NCBI GenBank assembly: GCA_043798995.1
Contig: JAZDOD010000008.1
Location: 25,327-89,326 of the forward strand
Reading direction: 5' to 3'
Origin: a bacterium
Lineage (GTDB): Bacteria; Patescibacteriota; Patescibacteriia; JAACEG01; JAGUWE01
DNA length: 64,000 bases
The position numbers and the translations under genes were made by a program. Under the pieces are notes generated by a model. That model ran no database searches. It was given only the letters and a program-made list of their open reading frames with translations, and was not told the DNA's origin. Positions 38,688 to 47,096 of this stretch are shown piece after piece (the stretch's first letter is position 1; each line of letters begins with the position of its first letter).

Positions 38688-38736
38688 AACAATAAAACAT
38701 TGGTTAAAAACCAATGTTTTATTGTTTTTGACTTAA
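38688..38736 (+). terminator. Rho-independent terminator of rnpB
   Basis: aacaataaaacattggtt aaaa accaatgttttattgtt followed by tttga. Confidence 0.6.
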
Positions 38737-38762
38737 GGCAATAAATTTATTATAATTATATT

Positions 38763-40181
38763 ATGAAGAAATTTGATCTAATTTTTGCCGCCATTTTGGT
38801 GCCGGTAGATTTTTTAATGATTGTTTTAGCCGCTGTTTCGGCTTATTTTTTGCGTTTTACTCCACTCGTGACTGAAATCAGGCCGGTAATTTTTAATCTG
38901 CCTTTTCAGGAGTATTTAGCCATTATTATTTTTATAGCTATTTTATGGCTGCTTCTCTTTGCTTTTTCCGGTTTGTATAAAATCAAAGACAACAAAAATC
39001 CGGCCCAGGAATTTTATAAAATTTTTCTTGCCTGTTCAGCCGGCATAATGCTGGTGATGGTTTTAATTTTTGCCCGCCGCGAGTTATTTTCCTCGCGTTT
39101 TATCATTTTAGCCGCCTGGATTTTCAGCGTTATTTATGTTTCCATCGGCCGTTTAGCTATCAGCCGGCTTCAGACAGCTTTTCGCCGACACGGCTATGGC
39201 ATAAGAAAGGTTCTTTTAATCGGCGCAGACCGGATTGCCGAGATTATCTCTCAGGAAATAAAAGAAAAACCGGAAATGGGTTATCGCCTAATCGGCGCAA
39301 TTAAAAATTATTCGCAGGACATTATTTATCAAGTCAAAAATTTTTTAGCCGAACATCCGGATCTTTATCAGATTATTCAGAGTAAAAATGGCCTTCCGCA
39401 GGAGGTGAGTCTGAAACTGGTTGAGTTTTGCGACGAAAATCATTTGGTTTTTAAATACACGCCGGATCTTTTTGAAACCCAATCAATCAATATTGAAGTT
39501 GGAACTTTGGCCGGTATTCCAATTATGGAACTCAAACGGACCCGACTTGAAGGTTGGGGCAAAATTATTAAACGGATTTTTGATGTTATTGGTTCAACAA
39601 TTTTGGTTATTTTGGCTTCGCCGGTGATGCTGCTTATTGCCATCGCCATCAAACTTGATTCACCCGGCCCTGTTTTTTTTAGCCGTTATGACAATGATGA
39701 AAAATTAAAGCGAGTCGGCGAACATGGAGAACTTTTTCATTATTTTAAATTTCGTTCTATGAAGCCGGGCACTCATCAGATGCGCTATCAGGAACTCTCT
39801 GATTTGAATTTAAGAAACGACGGGCCATTGGTTAAAATTGAAAATGATCCGCGGGTGACGCGCGTTGGCCGGATTTTGCGTCGTTACAGTTTGGACGAAT
39901 TGCCGGAATTATTTTTGGTTTTTACAGGCAAGATGAGTTTGGTGGGCCCGCGTCCGCATTTTCCCGAAGAAGTGGAAAAATATCAGCGCCGTCACAAGAA
40001 AACTTTAATGATTAAACCCGGCATCACCGGACTGGCGCAAATCAGCGGCCGCAGCGATCTGTCGTTTGAAGATGAGGCGCGGCTTGACGCTTATTATATT
40101 GAAAATTGGTCATTAATGCTTGATTTGCAAATTTTATTTAAAACGCCGTTGGCTGTTATTAAGCATTGCAAAAATTGTTAA
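38763..40181 (+). CDS. Polyprenyl-phosphate glycosyl-1-phosphate transferase (bacterial sugar transferase, WbaP/EpsL-like)
   Basis: Four or five N-terminal TM helices. The C-terminal catalytic domain LDELPELFLVFTGKMSLVGPRP…KPGITGLAQISGRSDLSFE is a bacterial sugar transferase signature. Confidence 0.85.
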   Translation: MKKFDLIFAAILVPVDFLMIVLAAVSAYFLRFTPLVTEIRPVIFNLPFQEYLAIIIFIAILWLLLFAFSGLYKIKDNKNPAQEFYKIFLACSAGIMLVMVLIFARRELFSSRFIILAAWIFSVIYVSIGRLAISRLQTAFRRHGYGIRKVLLIGADRIAEIISQEIKEKPEMGYRLIGAIKNYSQDIIYQVKNFLAEHPDLYQIIQSKNGLPQEVSLKLVEFCDENHLVFKYTPDLFETQSINIEVGTLAGIPIMELKRTRLEGWGKIIKRIFDVIGSTILVILASPVMLLIAIAIKLDSPGPVFFSRYDNDEKLKRVGEHGELFHYFKFRSMKPGTHQMRYQELSDLNLRNDGPLVKIENDPRVTRVGRILRRYSLDELPELFLVFTGKMSLVGPRPHFPEEVEKYQRRHKKTLMIKPGITGLAQISGRSDLSFEDEARLDAYYIENWSLMLDLQILFKTPLAVIKHCKNC

Positions 40182-40184
40182 ATT

Positions 40185-41228
40185 ATGGCTAGCTTCTTTG
40201 TTGTTAAAATTTTAATTTTATCAACCATTTCCTTTATGGCGACAATTTTATGGACGCCGCTTTTAACGTATTTTCTTTATAAATATAAACTGGGCAAAAA
40301 TATCCGTTCAGCTGAAAACGCGCCAATTTATGCCCAACTTCATCAAAAAAAAGCCGGCACACCAACTATGGGCGGAGTTTTAATTTGGGCGACAACCTTA
40401 ATTTTAATTTTATTTTTTTATTTGATTTCGGTTTTTTTTCCAGATTCAAATTTGGCTAAACTGAATTTTTTCAGCCGTTCGCAAACACTTTTACCCTTAG
40501 GCGTTTTAGTCGCCACCGCTATAGTGGGGTTAGTTGATGATTTGTTAAATATTTTTAAAATCGGACCTAACGGCGGAGGAATGAAAATCCGCCATCAACT
40601 TGTCATTTATACTTTAATCGCCTTGGTTGGCGCCTGGTGGTTTTATTTTAAACTTGATTGGGATATTATCCGGATTCCGTTTGTCGGTAATTTTAATATA
40701 GGGTCGTGGATTATCCCAGTTTTTATTTTTATTATTGTTGGCACGGCTCACAGCGTTAATTTAACCGATGGACTTGACGGTCTGGCCGGCGGCACACTTT
40801 TGGCCGGCTTTGCCGCCTATGGGGCGATTACTTTTTCTCAAGGTAAATATGATTTAGCTTCTTTTTGCGCCGTCATTGTGGGAGCGCTTTTGGCTTTTTT
40901 GTGGTTTAACATCAATCCAGCCCGTTTTTTTATGGGCGATACCGGAGCAATGAGTTTAGGAATTACTTTGGGAGTTTTGGCCATGCTAACCAATACGGTT
41001 TTAATTTTGCCTATTATCGGCTTGATTTTTGTGGTGGAAACTTTGTCAGTCATTGTTCAGCTTATTTCAAAAAAAATTCGCGGCAAAAAAATTTTTCTTT
41101 CTACGCCGCTTCATCATCACCTGGAAGCCAAGGGTTGGCCGGAGGGAAAAATTGTTATGCGCTTTTGGGTAATTTCCGGCGTGACGGCTGTGGCAGGTTT
41201 GATTATCTTTTTGATGGATAAAAGTTAA
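40185..41228 (+). CDS. mraY: Phospho-N-acetylmuramoyl-pentapeptide transferase
   Basis: VNLTDGLDGLAGG, DDLLNIFK and MGDTGAMSLG are MraY signatures. Confidence 0.9.
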   Translation: MASFFVVKILILSTISFMATILWTPLLTYFLYKYKLGKNIRSAENAPIYAQLHQKKAGTPTMGGVLIWATTLILILFFYLISVFFPDSNLAKLNFFSRSQTLLPLGVLVATAIVGLVDDLLNIFKIGPNGGGMKIRHQLVIYTLIALVGAWWFYFKLDWDIIRIPFVGNFNIGSWIIPVFIFIIVGTAHSVNLTDGLDGLAGGTLLAGFAAYGAITFSQGKYDLASFCAVIVGALLAFLWFNINPARFFMGDTGAMSLGITLGVLAMLTNTVLILPIIGLIFVVETLSVIVQLISKKIRGKKIFLSTPLHHHLEAKGWPEGKIVMRFWVISGVTAVAGLIIFLMDKS

Positions 41229-41234
41229 TTTTTT

Positions 41235-42716
41235 ATGGATTTTAAAGGTAAAAAAATAATCGTCATGGGTCTTGGTATTCTTGGTGGCGGAGTGGCAGTG
41301 GTAAAATGGCTGGCTAAAAAAGGAGCCGAGCTAACCGTGACTGATTTGAAAAATAAAAAAGAACTAAAAAATTCAATCACCAAATTAAAAGATTTAAAAA
41401 TTAAATATGTTTTAGGCCGGCATCGCGAAGACGATTTTAAAAAAGCTGATTTGATTATTCAAAATCCGGCCGTGCCGGCCGATTCAGAATATTTAAAAAT
41501 AGCGCGGGAGTCAGCCGTGCCGATTGAAAATGAAGCCAGTTTATTTTTTAAAATCGTGCCTCAGGACTTAATTATCGGCATTACCGGCACCCGCGGCAAA
41601 TCAACCACCACCACTTTAATTTATCAGATTTTTAAAAAAAAATACCAGTCGGCTTTATGTGGTGGCAATATCAAAGTCAATCCACTCTTTGAAATTATTG
41701 AGCAAGTGAAAAAAGATCCGGTTGTTTTGGAACTCTCTTCGTTTCAGTTAGAGAATTTAGCCGATAGCAAAATCAGTCCGCATTTATCAATTATTACTAA
41801 TATTTTACCCGATCATTTGAATCGTTATAAAAATTTGAAAAATTATATTAACGCCAAAGCTAATATTTTTAATTTTCAAAGCAAAGAAGATTTTGTTGTT
41901 TTAAATTTAGATAACCCTTTAACTAAAAAATTAGGCCAAGACGTTCCCTCGCGGCGTTATTGGTTTTCTGAAAAATATTTTTCCCAGCAAAATGGCGTTT
42001 TCTTGTCTTCGGGCCGGCTAATTTTTAGGCAAAACGGCCAAGAAATCAAAGTTTTAAATGTCAAAGAAATAAAACTGCCCGGCAGTCACAATCTGGAAAA
42101 TATTTTAGCCGCGGTTGCGGCCGCGATGATTTATCAAATACCGGTAAAGCTGATAAGAAAAGCTGTTTCAGAATTTAAAGGTGTGCCCGGCCGACTGGAA
42201 TTAATAAAAGTCATCAAAGGCATTAAATTTTATAATGATACAACCGCCACTATCCCGGAGGCGACAATTGCCGCCCTCGTTACACTCGGGCAGCTCAAAG
42301 ATGAAAATCTCCGCCGAAGGCGGATCTCCGCCAAAGGCGGATGGGCCTCTGGCGCACTCCTCGGGCGGAAAAAATCAAAAGTTAGGAATAAAAATATTGT
42401 TTTGATAGCCGGAGGAGCTGATAAAAAGTTAGATTTTCATTTTTTAGCGCCACAGATTAAAAAATATTGTAAAACCGTGATTTTATTGCCGGGCACGGCG
42501 ACGCCGAAGATTTATAAAGAATTACGAATTACGAATTACGAATTACGAATTATTAATGTTAAAAATATGATCGAAGCCGTTGCCGTTGCTTTTAAATTAG
42601 CGGTAAGCAGTGATATTATTCTTCTCTCACCGGCCGCGGCCAGTTTCGGCTTGTTTAAAAATGAATTTGACAGGGGAGAGCAATATTTAAAGGCAGTTAA
42701 GAAATTAAAATCCTAA
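41235..42716 (+). CDS. murD: UDP-N-acetylmuramoylalanine--D-glutamate ligase carrying in-frame repeat insertions
   Basis: KIIVMGLGILGGGVAVVKWL is the Rossmann fold and GITGTRGKSTTTTLI the P-loop. The C-terminus is LLSPAAASFGLFKNEFDRGEQY. Insertions: two tandem CCGCC-N4-GGCGG hairpins (42313-42352) and a 7-nt (gaattac) x5 repeat (42519-42553). Confidence 0.85.
   Translation: MDFKGKKIIVMGLGILGGGVAVVKWLAKKGAELTVTDLKNKKELKNSITKLKDLKIKYVLGRHREDDFKKADLIIQNPAVPADSEYLKIARESAVPIENEASLFFKIVPQDLIIGITGTRGKSTTTTLIYQIFKKKYQSALCGGNIKVNPLFEIIEQVKKDPVVLELSSFQLENLADSKISPHLSIITNILPDHLNRYKNLKNYINAKANIFNFQSKEDFVVLNLDNPLTKKLGQDVPSRRYWFSEKYFSQQNGVFLSSGRLIFRQNGQEIKVLNVKEIKLPGSHNLENILAAVAAAMIYQIPVKLIRKAVSEFKGVPGRLELIKVIKGIKFYNDTTATIPEATIAALVTLGQLKDENLRRRRISAKGGWASGALLGRKKSKVRNKNIVLIAGGADKKLDFHFLAPQIKKYCKTVILLPGTATPKIYKELRITNYELRIINVKNMIEAVAVAFKLAVSSDIILLSPAAASFGLFKNEFDRGEQYLKAVKKLKS
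42519..42553 (+). repeat. Heptanucleotide tandem repeat (gaattac) x5 inside murD
   Basis: gaattacgaattacgaattacgaattacgaattat encodes ELRITNYELRII in frame. Confidence 0.6.
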
Positions 42717-42729
42717 ATCCTAAGCACTA

Positions 42730-42885
42730 AATCCCAAACAATATCTAAATTCCAAATTATAAATAACAAACGGTTTGGAATTTAATAATTAGAATTTGTC
42801 TCCCTTTGGGAGATCCCCCGTAGGGGGAAAATTTATTTAGGATTTGTTTAGAATTTAGGATTTCGTGTTTAGAATTTAATTTTTT
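42730..42885. repeat. Low-complexity intergenic region with two adjacent GC hairpins (family-3)
   Basis: aaatcc(t/c)aa and ttagaattt / ttaggattt repeats. tctccctttgggaga and tcccccgtaggggga lie at 42799-42828. Confidence 0.4.
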
Positions 42886-43986
42886 ATGAAGCCCCATCAG
42901 CCGGATTATTTATTTTTAACTCTTGTTTTTGTGATTATTGTTTTTGGCTTGGTAATGTTATCCTCAGCTAGTACCGTGGTTTCTTTTCAAAAGCATCAGA
43001 ACAGCTTTTATTATTTTAAACATCAGTTGCTTTATGGCTTTTTGCCCGGCGTGATTTTATTTTTTATTTGTCTTCGGCTTAACTATCAGATTTGGCGAAA
43101 GTGGGCGAACGGTTTTTTGATTTTGTCATTGGTTTTATTGGTTTTAGTTTTTATACCCAGCATTAGTTTGACCGTTAATAACGCCAAAAGTTGGATTAAT
43201 TTAGATCTTTTTTCTTTTCAGCCCTCCGAAATTGTCAAATTAGCTTATATTTTGTATTTAGCCCAATGGATTGAAAGACAAGGCAAAGAGAGGATTAAGG
43301 ACTTTAATTTTGGTTTCCTGCCTTTTTTAGTGGTTTTGGGGTTAATTATGGTTTTAATTGCTTTAGAGCCAGACATGGGGACAATGTCGGTTATTGTTTT
43401 AATAGCTTTAATAATTTATTTTTTGGCCGGAGCACGGCTTCGTCATTTAGCATCGTTTATTTTAGTGATGAGCGGTTTATTTTTTATTTTAATTAAACTT
43501 GCGCCGTATCGTTTAGCCCGGCTGACAACTTTTTTAAATCCTGCCTTAGATCCGCAAGGCACTGGTTATCATATAAACCAAGCTTTTTTGGCTATTGGTT
43601 CTGGCGGTTGGCTTGGTCGGGGGTTTGGGCTTTCACGGCAGAAATTCCAGTATTTACCCGAATCAATGGGCGATTCAATTTTTGCCATTATTGCCGAAGA
43701 ATTAGGTTTTGTAATTTGTTTACTTTTTCTTTTACTTGTCTTGGCTTTGATTTTACGCGGCTATAAAATTGCCAAAAACGCTCCTGACAGATTTTCCCAA
43801 ATAACTGTTATCGGGGTTATTTCCTGGTTTGTGGTTCAGTCATTTGTTAATATCGGCGCTATGGTTGGCCTTCTGCCCTTGACCGGCGTGCCATTGGTTT
43901 TTGTTAGCTATGGCGGCACATCATTGGCAGTTTCTTTAGCCGCCGTTGGCATTGTGGCTAATATTTCACGTTGGACGGTGAGGTGA
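42886..43986 (+). CDS. ftsW: SEDS-family peptidoglycan glycosyltransferase (FtsW/RodA)
   Basis: Ten TM helices, with …GSGGWLGRGFGLSRQKFQYLPESMGDSIFAIIAEELGF…, the conserved SEDS block. It follows murD. Confidence 0.8.
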   Translation: MKPHQPDYLFLTLVFVIIVFGLVMLSSASTVVSFQKHQNSFYYFKHQLLYGFLPGVILFFICLRLNYQIWRKWANGFLILSLVLLVLVFIPSISLTVNNAKSWINLDLFSFQPSEIVKLAYILYLAQWIERQGKERIKDFNFGFLPFLVVLGLIMVLIALEPDMGTMSVIVLIALIIYFLAGARLRHLASFILVMSGLFFILIKLAPYRLARLTTFLNPALDPQGTGYHINQAFLAIGSGGWLGRGFGLSRQKFQYLPESMGDSIFAIIAEELGFVICLLFLLLVLALILRGYKIAKNAPDRFSQITVIGVISWFVVQSFVNIGAMVGLLPLTGVPLVFVSYGGTSLAVSLAAVGIVANISRWTVR

Positions 43987-44058
43987 TCGCCAATATTTGT
44001 TATTCAATTTAAAATTGGTTATAATAATAAATAAAGATTTGAGATATTTAGTTAAATT

Positions 44059-44979
44059 ATGTTAAAGAAAATTACCTTTCTTATTTTAATCATTTTTCTA
44101 TTTTTCATTAGTGTTAATTTTGTTTTAGCGGATAACTTTCTTCCCGGTCCTCAACCCATCCAACCGCCTGATATTAAGATTAAAATTCCCGGGATGGATA
44201 ATCTTGGTGAAATCAAACCAGCGATGTGCACTTATGACGAAACAAAAACTTGCTACCAAATTCCTTGGATTGCTAATTATATCGGCGGAGTTTATAAATT
44301 CGGCGTTAGCGCCTTGGCTCTTTTGTCGGTGATTGTCATTGCCTGGGGCGGCATTGTCTGGCTGACGGCCGGCGGTTCAGCTACACAAGTTAGCAAAGCC
44401 AAGGATTGGATTTTAGGCGGCATCACCGGTCTAATCTTGGGCCTTTCCAGTTATGTGCTTTTAGTGACAATCAATCCAGATTTTGTTAATCTAAAACCGC
44501 TTGAGGTGGCCTGGCTAGCGGGTGAGAAATTGCCTGAGATAGAACCATGGGCAGCGGGTCCGACAACGGGAACTTATTCTGATGCCAGAGCGCGTGAAGT
44601 TATTAGAATGGCTTCGGCGGGGTCAATTACAGTTAATGCGTATGAGCCTCAAACTAGTTTAAATGGTGTGCGAGTGGAAACAATCAACGGTTTGTTAAAA
44701 ATTTGGCAAGGTTGTGGTCAATGTCAGATTCAAATTAGTGGTGGTACTGAAGGCGGCTATCACAATGTTGGTGAGTTTAGCCATGGAACGGGTTATAAAT
44801 TAGATTTATCATATGTAAGTTCTTCAACGGAATTACATAATTATATTCTAAGACAGATCGGAATAACTAATATAAGCAACGTAGTTTATGACAAAACTTA
44901 TATTGGGGCGGATGGTAATAAGTATAGACTGGAACCAAGTACTGCTCTGCATTGGGATATTTGTTTTGGTTGTCCATAG
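44059..44979 (+). CDS. Membrane-anchored protein with a possible C-terminal M15-like (VanY / D,D-carboxypeptidase-type) zinc peptidase domain
   Basis: Signal peptide plus two hydrophobic helices. The C-terminus ISGGTEGGYHNVGEFSHGTGYKLDL … STALHWDICFGCP loosely fits the M15 SxHxxGxAxD … H pattern. It occupies the usual murG position. Confidence 0.4.
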   Translation: MLKKITFLILIIFLFFISVNFVLADNFLPGPQPIQPPDIKIKIPGMDNLGEIKPAMCTYDETKTCYQIPWIANYIGGVYKFGVSALALLSVIVIAWGGIVWLTAGGSATQVSKAKDWILGGITGLILGLSSYVLLVTINPDFVNLKPLEVAWLAGEKLPEIEPWAAGPTTGTYSDARAREVIRMASAGSITVNAYEPQTSLNGVRVETINGLLKIWQGCGQCQIQISGGTEGGYHNVGEFSHGTGYKLDLSYVSSSTELHNYILRQIGITNISNVVYDKTYIGADGNKYRLEPSTALHWDICFGCP

Positions 44980-45039
44980 AACATAGATAATAAATTAATA
45001 TATAGCTATTTGACAATTAATTAAAGGAGGGAAACTAAA

Positions 45040-46833
45040 ATGGAAAAGAAAAAAGTAGTTTTGATTGAACCAGCTTCACCCGGAGCCCATATTTTTTCGC
45101 GAGTGCCTATTCCACGCTTGGGTATTATTATTTTGGGCACAATAGCTAAGCAAGCAGGTTATGAAGTCAAAATTTATATTGAGGATATGTTTGGCAAGAT
45201 CAATGATTTAAAATCTGTAATTGAAGGTGCTCTCGCGGTAGGCATTTCGACAATTACTTCAACAGCACCAAGAGCTTATCAATTGGCAGATCAAACAAGG
45301 GCTTTAGGAATTACGGTAATTCTGGGCGGCGTTCATCCGACTTTTATGATTGAGGAAGCGCTAAACCACGCTGATTTTGTTGTCCGAGGAGAGGGAGAAA
45401 AGGCGATTTTGCCTTTACTTGAAGCCATAAGCGGCCAAATTAATTTTTCTCAAGTTCCTAATTTAAGTTATTGGCAAGGCGGCCAGATTATGAGTAATGA
45501 AATGGCACCTCACATTGTTGATTTAGATGAGATACCTAGTCCGGATTACTCGGTTATTGAGGGTTGGCAAACGGATAAAAAAGTTCCGGTTGTTTCCATT
45601 ACAACCTCAAGAGGATGTCCTTTTAATTGTGTTTTTTGTTCGGTTGTGCCGATGTTTGGCAGACGTTATCGTTTTACTTCTGTGGAGCGAGCCGTGGCCG
45701 ATCTTGAGGCAGCCGCGAAAATTGCTAAACACATTTTTATTGCCGATGATAATTTTACAGCCAACATCGAAAGAGTTAAAGCTATCCTAAAGGAAGCTAT
45801 TAGAAGAGGATTGAAGTTTGAATGGTCGGCTCAAGTTCGCACGGAAACGGCTAAAGACAAGGAACTGCTGCGACTGATGAAACAAACAGGCTGCTTCATG
45901 AATTTTATTGGTTTTGAATCAATTAATCCCAAAACACTAGTTGCTTATGAAAAAAAACAAACTTTGGCCGAGATTGAACAATCAATTAAAGCTTTCCAAC
46001 GTTTTGGCATCAAAATTCACGGCATGTTTGTTTTAGGAGCTGATGAAGATGAGGTAGCCACGATTAAAGAAACCGTCCGTTTTGCTAAAAGACTTGATAT
46101 TGACACAGTCCAGTTTATGATCCTTACCCCTTTACCCGGCACCAGAGTTTGGCAAGAGTTTGTTGACCAGGCAAGAATTATTGATATTAACTATAGTCAT
46201 TATGATGCCCATCATACTGTTTACAAGCCCAAACGCATGACTAGCTACGAATTGCAGATAGAAACCTTCAGAGCAATGAAAAAATTTTATAGTTGGCGGG
46301 GAATTTTCCAAAGATTGCTCAAGGCGATTATCACCTGGTCGGCGCCAGATTTCTGGATAGTCAATCTGCGTTTTTACGGCCGCAAACAAATTAGACAGGC
46401 CTTTGAAAGCAAACGTCTCTATCTAAAATATTTGCATGAAAAGATATCGCAACATACAGAAAAATTCAAGGCAAATTTGTCTAAGAAAAGAATCAAAACT
46501 GTGGGTTTGCCCGCGGAACTTATGGGCAATTGGGAACCTTCTTATCGGCGGTTTTTGCGAGCTTTTTTAGCTAAGTTAGGAGTTAAAATCATTGATTTGA
46601 AAGCTGATCAAATAATTGACGAACAACCTGACATTGTTTTGTTAGCTCATTGGGCAGTCAAAAATAAGGGTGAGATTTTTCACTCAATCAAGGATAAAAA
46701 ACAAATTAGCTTGGATTTTAATCCTCAAAATTTTAGCGAGCAATGTCTTGGTTTAGGCCTGCTTTTTAAAAGCAAAGTCAGGCGAGTCCGTCGGATTTTT
46801 CAAAAAACCCTGCAAGACAATGTTCTTGCCTAA
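45040..46833 (+). CDS. B12-binding domain radical SAM protein (class B)
   Basis: N-terminal cobalamin-binding Rossmann region (VVLIEPASP…ILGGVHPTFM…DFVVRGEGE). Radical SAM motif SRGCPFNCVFCSV (CxxxCxxC). Strong RBS aaaggaggg. Confidence 0.8.
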   Translation: MEKKKVVLIEPASPGAHIFSRVPIPRLGIIILGTIAKQAGYEVKIYIEDMFGKINDLKSVIEGALAVGISTITSTAPRAYQLADQTRALGITVILGGVHPTFMIEEALNHADFVVRGEGEKAILPLLEAISGQINFSQVPNLSYWQGGQIMSNEMAPHIVDLDEIPSPDYSVIEGWQTDKKVPVVSITTSRGCPFNCVFCSVVPMFGRRYRFTSVERAVADLEAAAKIAKHIFIADDNFTANIERVKAILKEAIRRGLKFEWSAQVRTETAKDKELLRLMKQTGCFMNFIGFESINPKTLVAYEKKQTLAEIEQSIKAFQRFGIKIHGMFVLGADEDEVATIKETVRFAKRLDIDTVQFMILTPLPGTRVWQEFVDQARIIDINYSHYDAHHTVYKPKRMTSYELQIETFRAMKKFYSWRGIFQRLLKAIITWSAPDFWIVNLRFYGRKQIRQAFESKRLYLKYLHEKISQHTEKFKANLSKKRIKTVGLPAELMGNWEPSYRRFLRAFLAKLGVKIIDLKADQIIDEQPDIVLLAHWAVKNKGEIFHSIKDKKQISLDFNPQNFSEQCLGLGLLFKSKVRRVRRIFQKTLQDNVLA

Positions 46834-46861
46834 ATAGTTAACTAGTAGCCAATCCAGTTAG

Positions 46862-47050
46862 TGATTCCGCCGAGTGGCGGATTACTACATGGTAAACGCT
46901 ACTAGTTTTTTTATTATCAAGCGAGCGAGACCCACCAAAGTTTTTGAAAAAAATTTAGGCGGGCGAGCGAGCCTGCCTGCGCAGGCAGGCGCTGATATCA
47001 AAGGGTTTTATTATCAAGCAAGCAAGAGTTATGAATCCGCCAACACATGA
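46862..47050 (-). repeat. Family-2 mosaic palindromic element, composite copy C (reverse orientation, nested modules)
   Basis: gtgattCCGCCgagtGGCGGattact (M2), then the reverse complement of copy B (ttattatcaagcgagcgagacccacc…aaaaaaatttaggcgggcgagcgagCCTGCCTGCGCAGGCAGGCgctgatatcaaagggttt), then a second rcM3 (ttattatcaagcaagcaag) and partial M2 (atgaatccgcc). Confidence 0.6.
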
Positions 47051-47096
47051 GATTGTTAATTTTTGTAAATTGCTTTAAAATAGATAAGCAATCTTT

